From Conidiobolus incongruus B7586 (lineage: Eukaryota): a stretch of 34,802 nt of DNA. The notes beneath the pieces were generated by a model, which was given only the letters and a program-made list of their open reading frames with translations, did not search any database and was not told the origin of the DNA. Below, one piece after another: positions 25,292-34,802 of this stretch. Numbering within the stretch: the first letter of the stretch is position 1; each line of letters begins with the position of its first letter. A program made the translations under genes and the position numbers. Location of the stretch: contig JNEM01006731.1 of NCBI GenBank assembly GCA_000697335.1, positions 1 to 34,802 of the forward strand, written 5' to 3'.

Positions 25292-27744
25292 TTTGTATCA
25301 CTCTTACAAATTCTTAAAATAATTATATGTATGGGGGATTTTCCAAGAAAGCCATAGTTTTTATAATAAATGAATAGCAAATCACGACATCATTTTGAAG
25401 TCACAATTGTATCATTGTCTAAACCTTTAGGGAATAATGATTTAAGGATGATCTATTTTACATTAATATCATTGAAGCTATTAAAATTTCAAATGATCTC
25501 AAAATGATCTCATTCTGATTTCGTTGAATGAGTAAAAGGTTAAGCGAATTTTTCAGGTTTTCAGATAATTCTTAATAATTAAAGTGTACTTCCATTACAG
25601 GAAAATTTTTTTAACGTAAACCAATCAAAATCATTTTAAACTAAATATTATTGACAAAATTATGTAATGGGATAATTAAAATAAGAATTTTTGAATATAA
25701 TTTCTTATTCAAAATTGAATGAGACATTTTGTTACATTTTTATGAACTATTTGAAAACCTGATGTTGTATCAAAAATCAATTAGAATTTTAATATAAGGG
25801 ATATATTGAATAATTAAATTTCAGCTAATATAATATTCTGAAATGTAATAAATGTAATCTCAAATTAGTGAAAGATTATTAATTTTTAATGTGATATTCC
25901 ATTTAAAATAATTATTCAAATATATATATTAAATTTATATTATTATATTAGAATTTGATTTTAAATAAAATATAGATAATTTTGGATGTAAAAATCTGTG
26001 TTAACACATTGATACAGATTTGATATATATTTGAATCAAGTAAAATATAAATAGGTTTAAATTTTGTATTTTAAAGGAAAATTATTCTTAATATTCTATA
26101 ACAATTACTATATCAAATTCATATAATCTAAATAATCCATTTTTACTAGTATGTTTTGATCATAGTCTATGAAATTCAAATCAAAATTTAAAACTAAAAT
26201 ATAAACTCAGCATATTATGATTGACTATAAATAGTTAATAAGGACGGGAATATATTCCATAAATTACTAATACAAATATAATTCATATTAAAATTTAAAT
26301 TTTCAAATAAATACAAATTTGATTTACAAAGTATATATTAACATTATTAATTTATATAAAATCCAATTAATAATTTAATAATTTTTATATGTATATATTC
26401 TAAAATATATCAATTTTTAACCAATCTCAATTGAAGATTTGATATAATATTATAGAATGTAAGAATTAATAATTGAATTCAACAACTATTATGCCAAGGT
26501 ATAATTAAAACTTTATCATTAAATAATACCATTGTTTCGATATAAATACAGAATTTGTTTGAGGAATTTTGGATAATTTATTTTATTAATAAATTATTAA
26601 TTTTTCAAAAATATGAACTTGAGTATATCTATGATAAAATAATTATTTTGTAAATAATATAGTAGACATATTATCAATCAATCATCTTTTAAATGCAATA
26701 ATATTTAAAATTAGACATTCCAAATTTTTCAGAAAATTTCCAAACATATTGAGACAAAGAGAGTAATATACAATTGAAATAAATTATTATAATATAATTA
26801 TCTACAAAGGTTAATAAATAAAAATGATTGAAATTTTTTACTGATAACAATTTAAATCAATTATAAATTATTGAAAGACATTATATCAGCTTGGGACCCA
26901 ATCTCACTCTTGATGCTATATCACTCCTTTATATCAAATTTTGGAACTCACAAAAATTCCCAACAAAACCCTGAAATAAATAGGAGACATTGATAAGTAT
27001 ATGGAGAAGTTCTATATTAAGCATCATAAACACATCGTAATCATATATAGGCAACAAAAATAGTATAACTAGGTGTTGAAGTGAATTGATAGCGACTTTT
27101 CAACACTTGGCTATTTTGACTTAAATTCGAGAGATGAAAATTGGGTTTAATTATATTTTGATTAATTTTGTATAGTATTGTTTGGAATTACAAATAAAAT
27201 CATTTTACAAAAATTATAAACTTTAGAATTATAATAATATGATAAAATTCAAGGTGATATTGTTATTGGGTATGATAAATTATCTGGTTCGAAGTATATA
27301 GGATGAAAGTTCAAATTGGAGTCACATTGCAATCTGATGCTAGCCATTCTCTTGGTACCTGGATCCTATTGTATGTTTTTATTAGTATATATATAAATAT
27401 ATATTATTTGAATTATCTTATTTATGAACAATAATAAAAATGTAATCAAATTAAATTTTATTGTGATTATTGTAAGTTTTAAATATAGGAGGTTATAAGT
27501 TTGGTTCTTAATGATATCACTCAATTAGAATATTCCTTTTTGATAGTATATTAAGTGTTTGATAATATTTTATTATTTAAAAATAAATTTAAAGTTTATC
27601 CTGGTTTAATTCTAAAATTTAACATCACCTCTTCTATTCCTATGAAATTTAATTAATATATTTGACAATGAAATCACATTATCACTTCAAATAGTAAATT
27701 TATTCATAAATAATCTTATTATCTAACTTTGAATAATCTAAAAT

Positions 27745-29794
27745 TTAGCCAGAGTAACAAAATTCCGTAAACCATTGATTAAAATCTAATCTCAACAAAA
27801 ATTGATGAAAGTAGTGCTGACTTCGAGTGGGATTCTTACTGGGTATAGGTGCTTCATAAATCGCAGATAAGGTTCGAAATATAAAATTTATACTGGATTG
27901 GTATTCCTAAATAATAATTAGTAGAAAATTAGCAATTATAAGTGATATATTACTCCGTAAATTGTATCCAACTCTTCCCACTTGTTTGCCAACTGCTCTT
28001 CGACAAATAACCAGTTAGCAAACTTTTGACAGCTCTGCAGCATTTGGTGAATGCCGCTAGCTATAGGCGGGTTATCGAGGAGACAACCTCGCATCAAAAA
28101 TTGTAAATATTGCTGATGTGCGTGTTTGATAGATTCAAAATCCATGAGTGGTGTGGTATTCGCATTGGACTGGGGTGTGGATGGCGAAGGGTGATCGTCA
28201 GCGTTGAGTAAAGTATCCATCAAGTCTTTGTAACAAGGTTCTACAATATCCATCTAATTCACATTAGTGTAAGATTCTAGAATTTTTGAATATAAATTAC
28301 TTGCAAATAAGCCCATATAGCTTTCAATGTATGTAAAATGAGCCATCTTGTATGTATTAAAGTTTTTGGAATGACTTCTTTCCCAGATTGGTGGTTTTTA
28401 AAATTACTGAGATCGAATAATTCCAATTGGTAAATGAGTTTTCGGATCCATATCAGATAATTGAATAGTCGGTTATATGTTTCTAAATCGTTGGGCTCAA
28501 GGATCAAATCTAGAGGGTATTCAATGGGGTAGTTCAATCGAATTTGGTGAGGAGGTACCAACTGATGCCAGGATATCGTCGAAGAATTGACTTGCTGATC
28601 TTTGAGAGTAGGCGTCAACTGGAATTTGAGACCATCCAACAGGAAAGAATCTTCAGCCCTGGTACCTTCAGCACTTTTGATTTTCAAAAAGTTGAGATCG
28701 GACTCCCTAATGAAGCCCTCGAACTGAACAGCACTGAATCTGGAATGTTTACCATGCAAAAATTGATCTAAATTCATGAGGAAATGATCGTAAAATTCAC
28801 CATATTGCAGTAGATAAAAATTTTTGAAATGTTCAATATAGTCCGTTAAGTTACGATTGCGCTCCGTCGTATTGGATCTGGTACTGAATAAGTTTTGGTA
28901 AAGATGGTGACTCGCTTCAATTCTCAATTCGTAAATCGCTCTCTCCAATTTTGGCACATTGATATCACAGTTCAATGCATATTCCGAAACTGTATCAATG
29001 GGCAATTTTAAAGGCTCTCTGGAATTTTTCAAAATTGTAGTAGCTTTACCAATAAATAATAGAGAGTTAGAAATGTTTGAATTAATGAAATAGGGTAATC
29101 GATCTTCCACCACGATATACTGAGTTTTCGCTTTCGTATTCATAATAGTCTGATTGGTGTCGGATCTTTCGATCTCTTCGGGAACGATAAAAAATTCTAA
29201 CTCGGGATCGAACACTGTACCATGATTGAGCCAATCAATCATCTGATTGAAGAAGATACGGTTGAGTTTATTTAAAATAATTCGGAAATTGGATTTGATA
29301 GGCTCTACACTCCTAAGATAATACTCCCTAATCCAATTAATCAATTCACATCCTATAGCATCCTGAGGATTTCCAGATTCCAACACTTGTTCCAATTCAT
29401 CCAACACTTCATTCAATTTTTGAAACAGTATAAAGTAATCCGACAGAATACTCATTAAATAACTGAGAGATGGAGATCCTCCATCCAAATCAAAATCGGT
29501 TAATATCTCATTTTCAATCCTACATATCAATTTTTCATACTGATCCAATATCTCATTGAAACTCGATTTGATCCCATTCAAATAAAACCCCGATCCCACT
29601 CCTCTATCAGTATTGACGAATTCTTTGAGTCTAATGTAGTGGTAGCCTAATTGGCCCAGCTTGTTCAAGCGTATTCGCTCCGAAACATTGAAGATGTCTA
29701 CATCTTCGAGGAGTTGGAATGTTTTTTGAGAGGGATTTAATTGGAAAAAGTTGCCTTTGTGGCCGTTTAAGAGGAATATTATTTCATGTAACAT
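27745..29794 (-). CDS. GCP4: Gamma-tubulin complex component GCP4 (Spc97/Spc98 family). Exons: 29794-28301, 28253-27954, 27906-27745
   Basis: N-terminus MLHEIIFLLNGHKG (GCP4-type), W..HG...DP..EFFI, LFIGKA, FYLLQYGEF, YPLDLI...YNRLFNYL, YLQMDIVE and C-terminal QFLLRLDFNQWF. Two 47-nt GT-AG introns are in frame. Confidence 0.88.
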
Positions 29795-29848
29795 TGAATA
29801 CTAATTACTGAATTTTGAATATTGGAGATTTACGTCACAGAGTTAGAA

Positions 29849-29853
<5 letters not shown>

Positions 29854-29879
<26 letters not shown>
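29854..29879. repeat. (TA)n microsatellite in the divergent GCP4 / ferritin-like promoter region
   Basis: Directly visible, ~60 bp upstream of the GCP4 ATG. Confidence 0.95.
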
Positions 29880-30603
29880 ATAAGGAATTTTTTTATGGGA
29901 TTGAAATTGGATCAACTCTTACATCAATTATTTTAGTTTTTGGATTAGAATTTCCATCTACCAAAATAATCCCAGTATTACATTCTAACTAATTTGATGA
30001 TAAAATTTTATACCATAGAATCAAAAATTAGTTTTCAATCAATAATAATAATAATTATTATATATTATTTTAGTTGGTTATTATTAACATATTGGTTACA
30101 CATCATTTTTTTACTATGGGATTTATAATTTAATTATAATCAATACTAAGATTTTGAAATTCAAATAATTCAACACTCTGAACATCTTTAACAATTGATC
30201 AAAATGCCAAGTAATCCCATTTCATGTCCTAGAAAATTCCCATTCCTCCATTTTAAGCCAATCACCTTTGAATATGTTCAATTTCCAAATCAATTATCAC
30301 ATTCTAGTTATTAAAAATGTTATTGAGAATTGATCATCGATTTCAATCAAATTATCCTAAATTTTATATTTTGGAAATTTAGTTTTAACTTTGGGTTCAA
30401 ACAACCATAAAACTTTAATATTGTGGTCGAATTAGTTCATGATATATGGTGTATATATATGTTTATGAGTACCTTGAGTTTGATTTTTTATCTGGTTGAT
30501 TAATTTAAAGTTTTGACTATTTGTTATATTTTATATTATATACACTGTTTTAAAGATTGAATAATTGGCAAAATTTCGTAAAAACTAAGACATTAAAATT
30601 ATT

Positions 30604-32808
30604 ATGAAATTAATTTTAATTCCAATCATTGGTAGTAGTTTATTACTATCGGCCAATGCTCAAAATGAGGATGGTTTAGACAGGTCCATGGGCAATAGGA
30701 TGATGAAGGGGGGAATAGATGTTGAGGCGGTGAGAGATTTTGATTTTAACCCTTGGATTAAGAGTTTGTTGAGTATTTCCCAAAGAGAGCATATCGAGAG
30801 TCAATCTAATGCTGAGGATGGAGCTTCTGCCGAAATGAATAATTTGGCGATACAGGAGAAACCAGGCGAAAAGGAAAGTACCCAGATAGACACAAGTTAT
30901 ACAGATACTATTAAACCTATGAATTCGAGCATGGGTCAAGATACTGATTTGGTGGCTGCCAATCAATTGGTTGAACCAATATCTTCAGATTGGAATCAGG
31001 ATGTTAGCGTTGCTGGTACTAACGAATCAATGAAGCTCATTGCTGCAGACATGGACCAAGATACAGTTGCTTCTGATGATGCTCAATCCATAAAACCCAT
31101 CACACCAAACATGGCTCAAGGATCAACCATTTCTGGCAACAGTCAATCCATTAAACCCATTCCCGAAGATATTGAGCAAAATACGAGTATTGAGAGTATT
31201 GATCAATCCGTTATGCCAATTCCCTCGTCGAAAGAGGAAGAAGAGGAACAAACGAATAACCCATCTGTATTAAATCAAGTGAAAGAGAACATCAACAGCC
31301 AATTCTCCAAGCTAGCTCAAATGAGCCAAGCAATGGAGCAAAAATCACCTCAACAAAATTCCCAAGACCAACAAGATGAAGTACCAAAAACCCAAGCGTC
31401 AAAGCAGTCCACTCTATCTGAAGAGCAAAAGTCAAAACAGAAGGAGATGCCGAGTAAGCCAGACATATTCGAAAGGATTGACGATGTAGAATTCGATCGT
31501 AACTACGCAACGAATGCGTACCTGATCAAGAATATTACCTCTTACCAATTCCGAACCGAGCAAAGCGCTTCCGACCAGTTGGATCTGTTCCAATTCGCAT
31601 TGACTGTCGAGAAATTGATCTGGCATTTGAAACGTCAACTGTTCAGAATGGGCAAGGGCAGTAACAATCACGACAAGGAGATTAGTAATTTACAGAGAAG
31701 AAATCTAAAATCTGTCGATCCTGCAGTCAAGACAGAAAATGAAGATATCGAGAGTGAAGACTATGTCGAAGAGTGTTTCGAGGAGGATGATGCTGACGCG
31801 GCGACTGACAACAACCATACCGAGTCTTTTACATCACCAAAATTTAGACAAAATATTCATGAGCGAGGTCTCGAGAATGTCGAGATTTATATTCGTATTT
31901 TAGCCCAAATAATCCAGTCCATTGGCGGTAGTCCTATAGATTCGTGCAGGTTCGACTTCCATGGGAAGCACACTCCAGATTTGAAGTTGCTCCATCGCTT
32001 TATCCTGGCTGCTTCTGTGTCATCGTATGGGGGTATGTTAGAACTCGTTTCGGCTCCTTCAGCACGTCAAATTTTGGCTTCAATTCTTGCAGTTCGGTCC
32101 CAAGAACTAGCATTCTATAACCTTCAAGACGGCGGCGAAGTGATGGTAGAGCCCTTTACAGATATCATTAGCGTCAAACAGGCAGTATCCTACCTCAAAC
32201 GCTTCTTCAGGAACTGTCCCCTAAACTTCCGCCAGGGAACTTACCGTACTCTGATAGTCGTACCTTCTTCAGTACGTCCCAAGACGAAGATCAATTTGGC
32301 AGTGCCGAGAAAGGGCGACGACCGCGCGAGATCTGGCGAAACATCATGGTTCAAGGGCGTCGCACTGGATGATGAGTTCAACTTCTACAGGGAGGACGAT
32401 CCCGTCGAAGATTTGTCTAGGGCGCGTGGTGGCAGACTTTACTGTGCATGGGTATTCGACACCTACCAAGTGAATACGCGCGTAAACCGCAAGAATACAT
32501 GCTCTGTGCCCAAGAACTCGCTGCCCGGCATTCACAAAGTGTATCTCACCCAAAACAACCAAGTCATGATTACTGCGGATCGAAGTCCCGAGATCTTTGC
32601 AGGTCCCGCGTACATTAATATCGAACGAGCGAATGCATTTCCCATCATGCCACCCCCTAGACCTAATCATCAAAATGGTGGTATCGATATTATCAATTCA
32701 CCGCCCACTATGCCTCCAATTCAAGACGATGACGACGAGGATGGCGATATCGACGCTGGGGATGAAGATAGCGTGATTAGTGATGATCCTTCCACCTCTG
32801 ATATTTGA
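30604..32808 (+). CDS. Secreted Rds1-like ferritin-fold protein with N-terminal repeats and acidic tail
   Basis: Intronless 734-aa ORF with signal peptide MKLILIPIIGSSLLLSANA. It contains DQLDLFQFALTVEKL, IIQSIGGSPIDSCRFDF, SVSSYGG, ASILAV, the CP motif, LYCAW, C.VP, VYLT and IFAGPAYI, which follow the fungal Rds1/Ferritin_2 family pattern as I recall it. Confidence 0.75.
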   Translation: MKLILIPIIGSSLLLSANAQNEDGLDRSMGNRMMKGGIDVEAVRDFDFNPWIKSLLSISQREHIESQSNAEDGASAEMNNLAIQEKPGEKESTQIDTSYTDTIKPMNSSMGQDTDLVAANQLVEPISSDWNQDVSVAGTNESMKLIAADMDQDTVASDDAQSIKPITPNMAQGSTISGNSQSIKPIPEDIEQNTSIESIDQSVMPIPSSKEEEEEQTNNPSVLNQVKENINSQFSKLAQMSQAMEQKSPQQNSQDQQDEVPKTQASKQSTLSEEQKSKQKEMPSKPDIFERIDDVEFDRNYATNAYLIKNITSYQFRTEQSASDQLDLFQFALTVEKLIWHLKRQLFRMGKGSNNHDKEISNLQRRNLKSVDPAVKTENEDIESEDYVEECFEEDDADAATDNNHTESFTSPKFRQNIHERGLENVEIYIRILAQIIQSIGGSPIDSCRFDFHGKHTPDLKLLHRFILAASVSSYGGMLELVSAPSARQILASILAVRSQELAFYNLQDGGEVMVEPFTDIISVKQAVSYLKRFFRNCPLNFRQGTYRTLIVVPSSVRPKTKINLAVPRKGDDRARSGETSWFKGVALDDEFNFYREDDPVEDLSRARGGRLYCAWVFDTYQVNTRVNRKNTCSVPKNSLPGIHKVYLTQNNQVMITADRSPEIFAGPAYINIERANAFPIMPPPRPNHQNGGIDIINSPPTMPPIQDDDDEDGDIDAGDEDSVISDDPSTSDI
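30901..31230 (+). repeat. Degenerate 60-bp (20-aa) coding tandem repeat, about 6 units
   Basis: Units start at 30901, 30961, 31021, 31081, 31141 and 31201: TDTIKPM, NQLVEPI, NESMKLI, AQSIKPI, SQSIKPI, DQSVMPI. In the first five units these are followed by an (M/W/I)xQ motif. Confidence 0.85.
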
Positions 32809-34220
32809 TCAATACTAGTATTTAATTTTATGTGTATATGTTCTATTTGATATAAAATTATTGAAATAAATTATAATATCACTAAAATTTTAAAGTTGTA
32901 ATATTTTAATATTGGTAATCATTTTGTAAAGATTTTTTAATTTAAAATTGTGATGATTTATAAAATCATATTTATGTTCTTATAATCAAATTCTTAATAA
33001 TATTTAACAAAGGATTAATGTTTTGTAAATTTTTCCTAATTATATAAAATACTAGTCTATTTAGTTTGATTTAAAAAAGAGAGTAGATGTTCAAAGTTAA
33101 TATGATTGTGTATGAATTTAAAACTAAATAAAATGGAATTTGAATCATTGTATTTAATATCGAATAGACTAGTATTTTGTAAGGATTGATAATTGATTGA
33201 TATACTTCAAAATATATTGTATTTAAGATATTTTTGATTAAGTAAATATTGATAATATTTGGAACACTAAAAAATTAGCTTGTTAGAAATATAGAATAAT
33301 TAATACCGCAATCGTTACTTTATGAATACTTGCTAATATAATTGGAAATTTTTAAATCAATATATTGGGATTTATTTCTAATAAAATAACAGTGAATCAC
33401 AACGACTAAACTTAAATTTATTTGATTATATTTGAAAATTTTTATTGATATGGAAAGGATTGATAGATAAATATGTTATTATTCTTAAATATCATAATTG
33501 TTTGAGAGAACTAATAAAATGAAATGATTTATAGTATGATAATATTATATTTTAATATTTGTGTATATTTTATGAATTTATTCCTTTATATTTTTTATAT
33601 ATTTTTCAATCAATTAATATAATTCCACGTTGTTTAAATTATGAAAATAATAAATTGTATTGTATCAGTTTAAATGAAATAAGGTCAAATATTCGGGATT
33701 GTAAAATATTCTAATAGTTCAAGTACCTTCAATATATGAATAATGAAAAAATCTCTAAAAATATTCAATGTCCAAATCTTGCAAGAATTTTCTTTTTCTT
33801 AAAAATCTAGTCATTGATGAATAAATCCAAGAACTCCTTCTTAATATCCATTATGAGTAACAACGGTGAAAATATTAACACTTAAAAAACCCAAAATAAA
33901 TTATTAAATGAATTACTGAATAAAAATTCTCATATTACAATTTAATACCAACAAAGTTTAAAAAGAATTCTAATGACTATTTAATCATTAAAAAATCCCA
34001 AAAAGTTAACGATTGTCACCATATCCTGTTATATTAACTAAAAAATTTTCGGGATTTTTTTATCATCAGGGACAAAGAAAGAAATTTTCGGGATAATTAT
34101 GATTACCATTGGGACTAGTATAATAGCTGATGAATAGTTAAATTTAGAAAATATTGCTGGTATAAATAAATAATTGTTTATTGAAGTTACATTAGAACAA
34201 TTGCTTATGAGATTTAATTT

Positions 34221-34802
34221 TTAGATAGGAATCCATGTTAAGCTATAATCAACTCTTGAAAAATTGTTTGATCCATATTGTACAACAGTGTCAATGGCCT
34301 CTAGGATCCGCCAATGAGGGGCCGAGGGATTCGTCACGAGGTCATCACATCGATGTATAAGAATTCCCCAACTCAGTAATAAACATAAGCGCATGATCCA
34401 ACGATTAATCCCAGTAGTCACCCAAATTCCCCCCCAGCTAATCATTATACATAGAACGGCGACGACGAATACAATTGAGGATACCTGTGTAGGTTCCGCA
34501 AGGGGGGTCTCTTTTAGGACTATAGGGGAGAAAATGTAACGAAGCATTACCATAATGTATGTTCTTATGATAAGGTGCTCTGATTTCGAGAGAGAGAGAG
34601 TTTATTAGTTCTTTGGATCTTTCAAGGAATGACCAGAATAGTTGAGTAAACTATTCTGGTGTTTTCTTTTATGTTTCCTTATTCTATACTAATTGTTTTA
34701 CTTATTTTGGCTTGCTTCGGGGACTTTCGTTTTGTTCTTAATATGACCTTGTTTTGGATAATGTCACGATGGGTCGTGACACTATTCCCCTCCTTCTCCT
34801 TC
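34221..34802 (-). CDS. 3' part of a hypothetical membrane-protein gene running off the window. Predicted exons: >34802-34748, 34688-34634, 34579-34221
   Basis: ORF 34221-34553 has two hydrophobic segments. It extends upstream in frame via two GT-AG introns of 59 and 54 nt (the size class seen in this window), both with GTCAT donors. The last intron has CTAAT, a (CT)n tract and CAG. Confidence 0.55.

Noticed and set aside
34719..34728. GAAAGTCCCC on the minus strand, resembling RNase MRP CR-I
   Set aside because: No matching GGGGCTYA P4 partner downstream and no GARAR hairpin. It falls inside a predicted 59-nt intron.
1..34802. CRISPR array, tRNA/rRNA genes, intact transposons or prokaryotic systems
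   Set aside because: No repeat-spacer arrays, cloverleafs, rRNA motifs, transposase/RT ORFs or terminal repeats were seen; the DNA is intron-containing eukaryotic sequence.

Overview
Eukaryotic, very AT-rich fungal genomic DNA. Genes carry short (45-60 nt) GT-AG introns. Gene content and style suggest an early-diverging fungus such as an entomophthoralean (inference only). Nine protein-coding loci are supported, with exon structures reconstructed by hand: an SNT2-like chromatin reader (10 coding exons), a secreted/GPI-type Cys-rich protein, an Ark1/Prk1 (NAK) kinase, STI1/HOP, two tandem intronless bli-3-like genes, gamma-tubulin complex GCP4, a secreted Rds1-like ferritin-fold protein, and a truncated membrane-protein gene at the right edge. 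The most notable unexplained element is a ~330-nt non-coding, relatively GC-rich island (~11930-12265). It can fold on the + strand into long-range helices with G-U pairs, is preceded by palindromes, and matches no RNA family I can recognise. Other highlights are two perfect heat-shock elements upstream of STI1, a ferritin-fold protein lacking most diiron ligands and carrying 20-aa repeats, a probable 760-nt 5'UTR intron in SNT2, and a 12-bp hairpin covering a 5' splice site. No tRNA, rRNA, CRISPR array or intact transposon was seen.
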